Source of the DNA: Eledone cirrhosa
Lineage: Eukaryota
Length of the DNA stretch: 64,000 bases
Direction of reading: 5' to 3'
Assembly: GCA_964016885.1 (NCBI GenBank)
Contig: OZ024742.1
Coordinates: 343,418,001 to 343,482,000, forward strand
Of the stretch, positions 38,969 to 53,900 are shown piece by piece (positions within the stretch are counted from its first letter, which is position 1; every line of letters begins with the position of its first letter). The notes under the pieces are model-generated. The model did no database searches, had not been told where the DNA came from, and was given only the letters and a program-made list of their open reading frames with translations. Both the position numbers and the translations under genes were made by a program.

Positions 38969-41210
38969 TATTTCTCTACTGGAAGACAGTAACACTACAT
39001 CTATTCCCTAAATATCTCTCTCTAATGGAAGACAGTAACACTACATCTATTCCCTAAATATATCTCTCTACTGGAAGACAGTAACACTACATCTGTTCCC
39101 TAAATATATCTCTATACTGGAAGACAGTAACACTAAATCTATTCCCTAAATATATCTCTCTACTGGAAGACAGTAACACTACATCTATTCCCTAAATATA
39201 TTTCTCTACTGGAAGACAGTAACACTACATCTATTCCCTAAATATATCTCTCTACTGGAAGACAGTAACACTACATCTATTCCCTAAATATATCTCTCTA
39301 CTGGAAGACAGTAACACTACATCTATTCCCTAAATATATCTCTATACTGGAAGACAGTAACACTAAATCTATTCCCTAAATATATCTCTCTACTGGAAGA
39401 CAGTAACACTACATCCATTCCCTAAATATATCTCTCTACTGGAAGACAGTAACACTACATCTATTCCCTAAATATATCTCTCTACTGGAAGACAGTAACA
39501 CTAAATCTGTTCCCTAAATATATCTCTATACTGGAAGACAGTAACACTAAATCTATTCCCCAAATATATCTCTCTACTGGAAGACAGTAACACTACATCT
39601 ATTCCCTAAATATATCTCTCTACTGGAAGACAGTAACACTACATCTGTTCCCTAAATATATCTCTATACTGGAAGACAGTAACACTAAATCTATTCCCTA
39701 AATATATCTCTCTACTGGAAGACAGTAACACTAAATCTATTCCCTAAATATATCTCTACTGGAAGACAGTAACACTATATCTATTCGCTAAATATATCTC
39801 TCTACTGGAAGACAGTAACACTACATCTATTCCCTAAATATATCTCTCTACTGGAAGACAGTAACACTACATCTATTCCCTAAATATAACTCTCTACTGG
39901 AAGACAGTAACACTACATCTATTCCCTAAATATATCTCTCTACTGGAAGACAGTAACACTACATCTGTTCCCTAAATATATCTTTATACTGGAAGACAGT
40001 AACACTAAATCTATTCCCTAAATATATCTCTACTGGAAGACAGTAACACTACATCTATTCCCTAAATATATCGCTCTACTGGAAGACAGTAACACTACAT
40101 CTATTCCCTAAATATACCTCTCTACTGGAAGACAGTAACACTACATCTCTTCCCTAAATATATCTCTACTGGAAGACAGTAACACTACATCTATTCCCTA
40201 AATATATCTCTCTACTGGAAGACAGTAACACTACATCTGTTCCCTAAATATATCTCCATACTGGAAGACAGTAACACTACATCTATTCCCTAAATATATC
40301 TCTCTACTGGAAGACAGTAACACTACATCTATTCCCTAAATATATCTCTACTGGAAGACAGTAACACTACATCTATTCCCTAAATATATCTCTCTACTGG
40401 AAGACAGTAACACTACATCTATTCCCTAAATATATCTCTACTGGAAGACAGTAACACTACATCTCTTCCCTAAATATATCTCTCTACTGGAAGACAGTAA
40501 CACTACATCTATTCCCTAAATATATCTCTCTACTGGAAGACAGTAACACTACATCTCTTCCCTAAATATATCTCTCTACTGGAAGACAGTAACACTACAT
40601 CTATTCCCTAAATATATCTCTCTACTGGAAGACAGTAACACTACATCTATTCCCTAAATATATCTCTCTACTGGAAGACAGTAACACTACATCTATTTCC
40701 TAAATATATCTCTCTACTGGAAGACAGTAACACTACATCTATTCCCTAAATATATCTCTCTACTGGAAGACAGTAACACTACATCTATTCCCTAAATATA
40801 TCTCTCTACTGGAAGACAGTAACACTACATCTGTTCCCTAAATATATCTTTATACTGGAAGACAGTAACACTAAATCTATTCCCTAAATATATCTCTACT
40901 GGAAGACAGTAACACTACATCTATTCCCTAAATATATCTCTCTACTGGAAGACAGTAACACTACATCTATTCCCTAAATATATCTGTCTACTGGAAGACA
41001 CTAACACTATATCTATTCCCTAAATATATCTCTCTACTGGAAGACAGTAACACTACATCTATTCCCTAAATATCTCTCTCTACTGGAAGACAGTAACACT
41101 ACATCTATTTCCTAAATATATCTCTCTACTGGAAGACAGTAACACTACATCTATTCCCTAAATATATCTCTACTGGAAGACAGTAACACTACATCTATTC
41201 CCTAAATATA

Positions 41211-41551
41211 TGTAGCGAGAGTACTGGGTTATATGAATGTAACAAGGAATACATTGTTTGTGTGTATAATATTTAATTAACAATGGTAGATAGTATAGGT
41301 AACATCTCAAAGAAATAGATGATAGAATGAAACAAAGTTAGTCGTTACCGTTTTGATTGCCAGGCAAACGCGGCTGGCAGAGAACGCCTGGCTAAGGCCA
41401 GCCAGGCGCCGGAAGGCCAAATGTGAGGCAGAGCCAAATGAGAGAGTGAGAACTTAAAGTTGTTAGTTTTATAGGGTTCTGACCGGAAGTTACAGAAAGG
41501 GTTCTACTTCCCGTCTAGATGTTAATCCAAACAAGGGAGACAACCGCTACA
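41211..41551 (-). mobile_element. Solo LTR (mosaic variants)
   Basis: 341 bp; TATA/TATT flanks. Confidence 0.95.
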
Positions 41552-42883
41552 TATTTCTCTCTACTGGAAGACAGTAACACTACATCTATTCCCTAAATAT
41601 ATCTCTAATGGAAGACAGTAACACTACATCTATTCCCTAAATATATCTCTCTACTGGAAGACAGTAATACTACATCTGTTCCCTAAATATATCTCTATAC
41701 TGGAAGACAGTAACACTAAATCTATTCCCTAAATATATCTCTCTACTGGAAGACAGTAACACTACATCTATTCCCTAAATATATCTCTCTACTGGAAGAC
41801 AGTAACACTACATCTATTCCCTAAATATATCTCTCTACTGGAAGACAGTAACACTACATCTGTTCCCTAAATATATCTCTCTACTGGAAGACAGTAACAC
41901 TACATCTATTCCCTAAATAGATCTCTCTACTGGAAGACAGTAACACTACATCTATTCCCTAAATAGATCTCTCTATTGGAAGACAGTAACACTACATCTA
42001 TTCCCTAAATATATCTCTCTACTGGAAGACAGTAACACTACATCTATTCCCTAAATATATCTCTCTACTGGAAGACAGTAACACTACATCTATTCCCTAA
42101 ATATATCTCTCTACTGGAAGACAGTAACACTACATCTATTCCCTAAATAGATCTCTCTACTGGAAGACAGTAACACTACATCTGTTCCCTAAATATATCT
42201 CTATACTGGAAGACAGTAACACTAAATCTATTCCCTAAATATATCTCTCTACTGGAAGACAGTAACACTAAATCTATTCCCTAAATATATCTCTCTACTG
42301 GAAGAGAGTAACCCTACGTCTATTCGCTAAATATATCTCTCTACTGGAAGACAGTAACACTACATCTATTCCCTAAATATATCTCTCTACTGGAAGACAG
42401 TAACACTACATCTATTCCCTAAATATATCTCTCTACTGGAAGACAGTAACACTACATCTGTTCCCTAAATATATCTTTATACTGGAAGACAGTAACACTA
42501 AATCTATTCCCTAAATATATCTCTACTGGAAGACAGTAACACTACATCTATTCCCTAAATATATCTCTCTACTGGAAGACAGTAACACTACATCTATTCC
42601 CTAAATATCTCTCTCTACTGGAAGACAGTAAGACTACATCTATTCCCTAAATATATCTTTTTACTGGAAGACACTAACACTATATCTATTCCCTAAATGT
42701 ATCTCTTTACTGGAAGGCAGTAACACTACATCTATTCCCTAAATATATCTCTCTACTGGAAGACAGTAACACTACATCTATTCCCTAAATATATCTCTCT
42801 ACTGGAAGACAGTAATACTACATCTATTCCCTAAATATATCTCTACTGGAAGACAGTAACACTACATCTATTCCCTAAATATA

Positions 42884-44926
42884 TGTAGCGAGAGTACTTA
42901 CAGGGTTATATGAATGTAACAAGGAATACATTGTTTGTGTGTATAATATTTAATTAACAATGGTAGATAGTATAGTTAACATGTCAAAGAAATAGATGAT
43001 AGAATGAAACAAAGTTAGTCGTTACCGTTTTGATTGCCAGGCAAACGCGGCTGGCAGAGGACGCCTGGCTAAGGCCAGCCAGGCGCCGGAAGGCCAAATG
43101 AGAGGCAGAGCCAAATGAGAGAGTGAGAACTTAAAGTTGTTAGTTTTATAGGGTTCTGACTGGAAGTTACAGAAAGGGTTCTACTTCTCGTCTAGATGTC
43201 AATCCAAACAAGGGAGACAACCGCTACATAATCTCCCGCCAGAATTTTAGAATATAAAAATCGAATTGAAATATGTAGCAAGTTGGCGAGAATGTTGTAA
43301 CAGGCATGAAAATTACCACAAAAGAATGTATGCAAAAATCAATGATAGATATCAAGGTCGTAAAGTAAGAGAAGGGCTCAAAGTTCAAATGTACAAAATA
43401 TAGTTCACAGGTATGCAGTCACATGACAGCAGGAAAGAAAGTGTGTTCCAGAGAATGAATGCAGGTGGTCTCTGTTCTGTGGTATATCGTGAAATTTCCA
43501 ACCTCCGAATGTATTTTCTCACAGGAAGAGTGCTGCAAAAATAAATTCTCTGGCTTTGGTTGTTGGTGAAGCTGTGTTGATGTATTGCTGTTGCTGTTGC
43601 TGCTGTATTGCCGTTGCTGTTGCTGTCGCTGCTGTATTGCTGTTGCTGCTGCTGCTGCCGCCGCCGCTGCTGTATTGCTGTTGCTGTTATATTGCTGTTG
43701 CTGTTGCCGCTGCTGTTGATGCTGTATTGCTGTTGCTGTTGCTGCTGCTGTTGTCTCGCTGAGTGAGCGTATTCGGTGTTTAAATTCACAGTAAAAAAAT
43801 AATTTTTTTTTAGAAAAAATGAGTTGCGCAAAGTGCTAGAAATAGCAGCCGAAGTTGATGGTCGATGTTGAGAATGCGTTGACCTGGAAGGGTCAAGAGG
43901 CCAGCGACCAAAGAAATAAGCATTCTGAATAAATGCGCAGTTTTCAACGGCAAATTTACGTAGTAAATTTTTAAACCGGCAAATAGGAGAATATAGCTTA
44001 AGGCTGAAGAATCCTTGGCGAAAAACGTTATCTCTGGCGTGCGGCTATCTCTGTGAGTCGAGAATTTGTGCTGCCTACACGTGCCAATACAAGGTTGAAA
44101 AAATAATATTTCTAACGCGCGAGAAAATGATAGTGCAATTTTGAAAGTGACAATGATGAAAAAGAAAGGCTTCACTCAGCATAATTATTGGTGTGAACTT
44201 TGGAAAAAAAACTTGAACGATGAAGAAAACGATGAACAAAAACGCAATGGTTCATCGAAAATAAATGTTCCTGTTGAAATGTTTTTTAAAGAATATCAAA
44301 TTTCTTTTTTTTTTTTTTTTTGAAAGAGTTCGTTGTAAGAAACAAGAATATATATTGTGAAATGCGACAGTTAGTTGATGCGTGAGAGAAAAAGTCCGTC
44401 TGAACGCGAATTCCACATGTGCGTGTGTCCGTTTCTTTGAGTATTTTCATAGTTTGTCGATAAATTTGCTGTGTATTCGTAATGTTACTCACACAAAACC
44501 AGAATCTGCTATCTTTTTCTTTTTTCGGGGTGACCACTTATAGTGATGAACGGCTGCGTGTTCGTATCACGTCAGAGTTACCAATGTAGCGAGGAGTACT
44601 GGGTTATATGAATGTAACAAGGAATACATTGTTTGTGTGTATAATATTTAATTAACAATGGTAGATAGTATAGTTAACATGTCAAAGAAATAGATGATAG
44701 AATGAAACAAAGTTAGTCGTTACCGTTTTGATTGCCAGGCAAACGCGGCTGGCAGAGGACGCCTGGCTAAGGCCAGCCAGGCACCGGAAGGCCAAGTGAG
44801 AGGCAGAACCAAATGAGAGAGTGAGAACTTAAAGTTGTTAGTTTTATAGGGTTCTGACCGGAAGTTACAGAAAGGGTTCTACTTCCCGTCTAGATGTTAA
44901 TCCAAACAAGGGAGACAACCGCTACA
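42884..44926 (-). mobile_element. Non-autonomous LTR retrotransposon, copy B (LTRs 42884-43228 and 44585-44926)
   Basis: Same architecture as copy A, with TSD TATA, tRNA-Trp segment at 44552-44583 and a 1356-bp internal region (1498 bp in A). Confidence 0.93.
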
Positions 44927-47900
44927 TATATCTCTCTACTGGAAGACAGTAACACTACATCTATTCCCTAAATATCTCTCTTTATTGGAAAACAGTAACA
45001 CTACATCTATTCCCTAAATATATCTCTACTGGAAGACAGTAACACTACATCAATTCCCTAAATATATCTCTACTGGAAGACAGTAACACTACATCTATTC
45101 CCTAAATATATCTCTACTGGAAGACAGTAACACTACATCTATTCCCTAAATATATCTATACTGGAAGACAGTAACACTACATCTATTCCCTAAATATCTC
45201 TCTTTATTGGAAGACAGTAACACTACATCTATTCCCTAAATATATCTATACTGGAAGACAGTAACACTACATCTATTCCCTAAATATCTCTCTTTATTGG
45301 AAGACAGTAACACTACATCTATTCCCTAAATATATCTCTCTACTGGAAGACAGTAACACTAAATCTGTTCCCTAAATATATCTCTATACTGGAAGACAGT
45401 AACACTAAATCTATTCCCTAAATATATCTCTCTACTGGAAGACAGTAACACTACATCTATTCCCTAAATATATCTCTACTGGAAGACAGTAACACTACAT
45501 CTATTCGCTAAATATATCTCTCTACTGGAAGACAGTAACACTACATCTATTCCCTAAATATATCTCTATACTGGAAGACAGTAACACTACATCTATTCCC
45601 TAAATATATCTCTACTGGAAGACAGTAACACTACATCTATTCGCTAAATATATCTCTCTACTGGAAGACAGTAACACTACATCTATTCCCTAAATATATC
45701 TCTCTACTGGAAGACAGTAACACTACATCTATTCCCTAAATATATCTCTCTACTGGAAGACAGCAACACTACATCTATTCCCTAAATATATCTCTTTACT
45801 GGAAGACAGTAACACTACATCTATTCCCTGAATATATCTCTCTATTGGAAGACAGTAACACTACATCTATTCCCTAAATATATCTCTACTGGAAGACAGT
45901 AACACTACATCTATTCCCTAAATATTTCTCTCTATTGGAAGACAGTAACACTACATCTATTCCCTAACTATATCTCTACTGGAAGACAGTAACACTACAT
46001 CTATTCCCTAAATATATCTCTCTACTGGAAGACAGTAACACTACATCTATTCCCTAAATATATCTCTTTATTGGAAGACAGTAACACTAAATCTATTCCC
46101 TAAATATATCTCTCTACTGGAAGACAGTAACACTACATCTATTCCCTAAATATATCTCTCTACTGGAAGACAGTAACACTACATCTATTCCCTAAATATA
46201 TCTCTTTACCGAAAGACAGTAACACTACATCTATTCCCTAAATATATCTCTCTATTGGAAGACAGTAACACTACATCTATTCCCTAAATATATCTCTACT
46301 GGAAGACAGTAACACTACATCTATTCCCTAAATATTTCTCTCTATTGGAAGACAGTAACACTACATCTATTCCCTAAATATATCTCTACTGGAAGACAGT
46401 AACACTACATCTATTCCCTAAATATATCTCTCTACTGGAAGACAGTAACACTACATCTATTCCCTAAATATATCTCTCTACTGGAAGACAGTAACACTAC
46501 ATCTATTGCCTAAATATATCTCTCTACTGGAAGACAGTAACACTACATATATTCCCTAAATATATCTCTTTACTGGAAGACAGTAACACTACATCTATTC
46601 CCTAAATATATCTCTCTATTGGAAGACAGTAACACTACATCTATTCCCTAAATATATCTCTACTGGAAGACAGTAACACTACATCTATTCCCTAAATATT
46701 TCTCTCTATTGGAAGACAGTAACACTACATCTATTCCCTAAATATATCTCTACTGGAAGACAGTAACACTACATCTATTCCCTAAATATATCTCTCTACT
46801 GGAAGACAGTAACACTACATCTATTCCCTAAATATATCTCTTTATTGGAAGACAGTAACACTACATCTATTCCCTAAATATTTCTCTCTATTGGAAGACA
46901 GTAACACTACATCTATTCCCGAAATATTTCTCGTTATTGGAAGACAGTAACACTACATCTATTCCCTAAATATATCTCTACTGGAAGACAGTAACACTAC
47001 ATCTATTCCCTAAATATATCTCTCTACTGGAAGACAGTAACACTAGATCTATTCCCTAAATATATCTCTCTACTGGAAGACAGTAACACTACATCTATTC
47101 CCTAAATATATCTCTCTACTGGAAGACAGTAACACTACATCTAAACCCTAACTATATCTCTTTATTGGAAGACAGTAACCCTACATCTATTACCTAAATA
47201 TATCTCTACTGGAAGACAGTAACACTACATCTATTCCCTAAATATCTCTCTATACTGGAAGACAGTAACACTACATCCAATCCCCAAATATATCTCTTTA
47301 TTGGAAGACAGTAACACTACATCTATTCCCTAAATATATCTCTATACTGGAAGACAGTAACACTACATCTATTCCCTAAATATATCTCTCTACTGGAAGA
47401 CAATAACACTACATCTATTCCCTAAATATATCTCTCTACCTGAAGACAGCAACACTACATCTATTCCCTAAATATATCTCTCTACTGGAAGACAGTCATA
47501 CTACATCTATTCCCTAAATATATCTCTCTACTGGAAGACAGTGACACTACGTCTAATCCCCAAATATATCTCTTTATTGGAAGACAGTAGCACTACATCT
47601 ATTCCCTAAATATATCTCTATACTGGAAGACAGTAACACTACATCTATTCCCTAAATATATCTCTCTACTGGACGACAGTAACACTACATCTATTCCCTA
47701 AATATATCTCTACTGGAAGATAGTAACACTACATCTATTCCCTAAATATATCTCTACTGGAAGACAGTAACACTACATCTATTCCCTAAACATATCTCTA
47801 TACTGGAAGACAGTAACACTACATCTATTCCCTAAATATATCTCTCTACTGGAAGACAATAACACTACATCTATTCCCTAAATATATCTCTCTACCTGAA

Positions 47901-50900
47901 GACAGCAACACTACATCTATTCCCTAAATATATCTCTCTACTGGAAGACAGTCATACTACATCTATTCCCTAAATATATCTCTCTACTGGAAGACAGTAA
48001 CACTACATCTATTCCCTAAACATATCTCTCTACTGGAAGACAGTAACACTACATCTATTCCCTAAATATATCTCTACTGGAAGACAGTAACACTACATCT
48101 ATTCCCTAAATATATCTCTACTGGAAGACAGTAACACTACATCTATTCCCTAAACATATCTCTCTACTGGAAGACAGTAACACTACATCTATTCCCTAAA
48201 TATATCTCTCTACTGGAAGACAGTAACACTACATCTATTCCCTAAATATATCTCTCTATTGGAAGACAGTAACACTACATCTATTCCCTAAATATTTCTC
48301 TCTATTGGAAGACAGTAACACTACATCTATTCCCTAAATACTTCTCTCTATTGGAAGACAGTAACACTATATCTATTCCCTAAATATATCTCTACTGGAA
48401 GACAGTAACACTACATCTATTCCCTAAATATATCTCTCTACTGGAAGACAGTAACACTACATCTAAACCCTAAATATATCTCTTTATTGGAAGACAGTAA
48501 CCCTACATCTATTACCTAAATATATCTCTACTGGAAGACAGTAACACTACATCTATTCCCTAAATATCTCTCTATACTGGAAGTCAGTAACACTACATCC
48601 AATCCCCAAATATATCTCTTTATTGGAAGACAGTAACACTACATCTATTCCCTAAATATATCTCTATACTGAAAGACAGTAACACTACATCTATTCCCTA
48701 AATATATCTCTCTACTGGAAGACAGTAACACTACATCTATTCCCTAAATATATCTCTCTACTGGAAGACAGCAACACTACATCTATTCCCTAAATATATC
48801 TCTCTACTGGAAGACAGTAACACTACATCTATTCCCTAAATATCTCTCTCTACTGGAAGACAGTAACACTACATCTATTCCCTAAATATATCTCTCTATT
48901 GGAAGACAGTAACACTACATCTATTCCCTAAATATATCTCTACTGGAAGACAGTAACACTACATCTATTCCCTAAATATTTCTCTCTATTGGAAGACAGT
49001 AACACTACATCTATTCCCTAAATATATCTCTACTGGAAGACAGTAACACTACTTCTATTCCCTAAATATATCTCTCTACTGGAAGACAGTAACACTACAT
49101 CTATTCCCTAAATATATCTCTCTACTGGAAGACAGTAACACTACATCTATTCCCTAAATATATCTCTCTACTGGAAGACAGTAACACTACATCTATTCCC
49201 TAAATATATCTCTTTACTGGAAGACAGTAACACTACATCTATTCCCTAAATATATCTCTCTATTGGAAGACAGTAACACTACATCTATTCCCTAAATATA
49301 TCTCTACTGGAAGACAGTAACACTACATCTATTCCCTAAATATTTCTCTCTATTGGAAGACAGTAACACTACATCTATTCCCTAAATATATCTCTACTGG
49401 AAGACAGTAACACTACATCTATTCCCTAAATATATCTCTCTACTGGAAGACAGTAACACTACATCTATTCCCTAAATATATCTCTTTATTGGAAGACAGT
49501 AACACTACATCTATTCCCTAAATATTTCTCTCTATTGGAAGACAGTAACACTACATCTATTCCCTAAATATATCTCTACTGGAAGACAGTAACACTACAT
49601 CTATTCCCTAAATATATCTCTCTACTGGAAGATAGTAACACTACATCTATTCCCTAAATATATCTCTTTACTGGAAGACAGTAACACTACATCTATTCCC
49701 TAAATATTTCTCTCTATTGGAAGACAGTAACACTACATCTATTCCCTAAATATCTCTCTTTATTGGAAAACAGTAACACTACATCTATTCCCTAAATATA
49801 TCTCTACTGGAAGACAGTAACACTACATCAATTCCCTAAATATATCTCTACTGGAAGACAGTAACACTACATCTATTCCCTAAATATATCTCTTTATTGG
49901 AAAACAGTAACACTACATCTATTCCCTAAATATATCTCTACTGGAAGACAGTAACACTACATCAATTCCCTAAATATATCTCTACTGGAAGACAGTAACA
50001 CTACATCTATTCCCTAAATATATCTCTACTGGAAGACAGTAACACTACATCTATTCCCTAAATATATCTATACTGGAAGACAGTAACACTACATCTATTC
50101 CCTAAATATCTCTCTTTATTGGAAAACAGTAACACTACATCTATTCCCTAAATATATCTCTACTGGAAGACAGTAACACTACATCAATTCCCTAAATATA
50201 TCTCTACTGGAAGACAGTAACACTACATCTATTCCCTAAATATATCTCTACTGGAAGACAGTAACACTACATCTATTCCCTAAATATATCTATACTGGAA
50301 GACAGTAACACTACATCTATTCCCTAAATATCTCTCTTTATTGGAAGACAGTAACACTACATCTATTCCCTAAATATATCTCTCTACTGGAAGACAGTAA
50401 CACTAAATCTGTTCCCTAAATATATCTCTATACTGGAAGACAGTAACACTAAATCTATTCCCTAAATATATCTCTCTACTGGAAGACAGTAACACTACAT
50501 CTATTCCCTAAATATATCTCTACTGGAAGACAGTAACACTACATCTATTCGCTAAATATATCTCTCTACTGGAAGACAGTAACACTACATCTATTCCCTA
50601 AATATATCTCTATACTGGAAGACAGTAACACTACATCTATTCCCTAAATATATCTCTACTGGAAGACAGTAACACTACATCTATTCGCTAAATATATCTC
50701 TCTACTGGAAGACAGTAACACTACATCTATTCCCTAAATATATCTCTCTACTGGAAGACAGTAACACTACATCTATTCCCTAAATATATCTCTCTACTGG
50801 AAGACAGCAACACTACATCTATTCCCTAAATATATCTCTTTACTGGAAGACAGTAACACTACATCTATTCCCTGAATATATCTCTCTATTGGAAGACAGT

Positions 50901-53900
50901 AACACTACATCTATTCCCTAAATATATCTCTACTGGAAGACAGTAACACTACATCTATTCCCTAAATATTTCTCTCTATTGGAAGACAGTAACACTACAT
51001 CTATTCCCTAACTATATCTCTACTGGAAGACAGTAACACTACATCTATTCCCTAAATATATCTCTCTACTGGAAGACAGTAACACTACATCTATTCCCTA
51101 AATATATCTCTTTATTGGAAGACAGTAACACTAAATCTATTCCCTAAATATATCTCTCTACTGGAAGACAGTAACACTACATCTATTCCCTAAATATATC
51201 TCTCTACTGGAAGACAGTAACACTACATCTATTCCCTAAATATATCTCTTTACCGAAAGACAGTAACACTACATCTATTCCCTAAATATATCTCTCTATT
51301 GGAAGACAGTAACACTACATCTATTCCCTAAATATATCTCTACTGGAAGACAGTAACACTACATCTATTCCCTAAATATTTCTCTCTATTGGAAGACAGT
51401 AACACTACATCTATTCCCTAAATATATCTCTACTGGAAGACAGTAACACTACATCTATTCCCTAAATATATCTCTCTACTGGAAGACAGTAACACTACAT
51501 CTATTCCCTAAATATATCTCTCTACTGGAAGACAGTAACACTACATCTATTGCCTAAATATATCTCTCTACTGGAAGACAGTAACACTACATATATTCCC
51601 TAAATATATCTCTTTACTGGAAGACAGTAACACTACATCTATTCCCTAAATATATCTCTCTATTGGAAGACAGTAACACTACATCTATTCCCTAAATATA
51701 TCTCTACTGGAAGACAGTAACACTACATCTATTCCCTAAATATTTCTCTCTATTGGAAGACAGTAACACTACATCTATTCCCTAAATATATCTCTACTGG
51801 AAGACAGTAACACTACATCTATTCCCTAAATATATCTCTCTACTGGAAGACAGTAACACTACATCTATTCCCTAAATATATCTCTTTATTGGAAGACAGT
51901 AACACTACATCTATTCCCTAAATATTTCTCTCTATTGGAAGACAGTAACACTACATCTATTCCCGAAATATTTCTCGTTATTGGAAGACAGTAACACTAC
52001 ATCTATTCCCTAAATATATCTCTACTGGAAGACAGTAACACTACATCTATTCCCTAAATATATCTCTCTACTGGAAGACAGTAACACTAGATCTATTCCC
52101 TAAATATATCTCTCTACTGGAAGACAGTAACACTACATCTATTCCCTAAATATATCTCTCTACTGGAAGACAGTAACACTACATCTAAACCCTAACTATA
52201 TCTCTTTATTGGAAGACAGTAACCCTACATCTATTACCTAAATATATCTCTACTGGAAGACAGTAACACTACATCTATTCCCTAAATATCTCTCTATACT
52301 GGAAGACAGTAACACTACATCCAATCCCCAAATATATCTCTTTATTGGAAGACAGTAACACTACATCTATTCCCTAAATATATCTCTATACTGGAAGACA
52401 GTAACACTACATCTATTCCCTAAATATATATCTCTACTGGAAGACAATAACACTACATCTATTCCCTAAATATATCTCTCTACCTGAAGACAGCAACACT
52501 ACATCTATTCCCTAAATATATCTCTCTACTGGAAGACAGTCATACTACATCTATTCCCTAAATATATCTCTCTACTGGAAGACAGTGACACTACGTCTAA
52601 TCCCCAAATATATCTCTTTATTGGAAGACAGTAGCACTACATCTATTCCCTAAATATATCTCTATACTGGAAGACAGTAACACTACATCTATTCCCTAAA
52701 TATATCTCTCTACTGGACGACAGTAACACTACATCTATTCCCTAAATATATCTCTACTGGAAGATAGTAACACTACATCTATTCCCTAAATATATCTCTA
52801 CTGGAAGACAGTAACACTACATCTATTCCCTAAACATATCTCTATACTGGAAGACAGTAACACTACATCTATTCCCTAAATATATCTCTCTACTGGAAGA
52901 CAATAACACTACATCTATTCCCTAAATATATCTCTCTACCTGAAGACAGCAACACTACATCTATTCCCTAAATATATCTCTCTACTGGAAGACAGTCATA
53001 CTACATCTATTCCCTAAATATATCTCTCTACTGGAAGACAGTAACACTACATCTATTCCCTAAACATATCTCTCTACTGGAAGACAGTAACACTACATCT
53101 ATTCCCTAAATATATCTCTACTGGAAGACAGTAACACTACATCTATTCCCTAAATATATCTCTACTGGAAGACAGTAACACTACATCTATTCCCTAAACA
53201 TATCTCTCTACTGGAAGACAGTAACACTACATCTATTCCCTAAATATATCTCTCTACTGGAAGACAGTAACACTACATCTATTCCCTAAATATATCTCTC
53301 TATTGGAAGACAGTAACACTACATCTATTCCCTAAATATTTCTCTCTATTGGAAGACAGTAACACTACATCTATTCCCTAAATACTTCTCTCTATTGGAA
53401 GACAGTAACACTATATCTATTCCCTAAATATATCTCTACTGGAAGACAGTAACACTACATCTATTCCCTAAATATATCTCTCTACTGGAAGACAGTAACA
53501 CTACATCTAAACCCTAAATATATCTCTTTATTGGAAGACAGTAACCCTACATCTATTACCTAAATATATCTCTACTGGAAGACAGTAACACTACATCTAT
53601 TCCCTAAATATCTCTCTATACTGGAAGTCAGTAACACTACATCCAATCCCCAAATATATCTCTTTATTGGAAGACAGTAACACTACATCTATTCCCTAAA
53701 TATATCTCTATACTGAAAGACAGTAACACTACATCTATTCCCTAAATATATCTCTCTACTGGAAGACAGTAACACTACATCTATTCCCTAAATATATCTC
53801 TCTACTGGAAGACAGCAACACTACATCTATTCCCTAAATATATCTCTCTACTGGAAGACAGTAACACTACATCTATTCCCTAAATATCTCTCTCTACTGG

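Noticed and set aside
29710-44926. Six independent site-specific insertions
   Set aside because: Shared rare flanking variants and the shared TSD mutation are better explained by duplication of one insertion.
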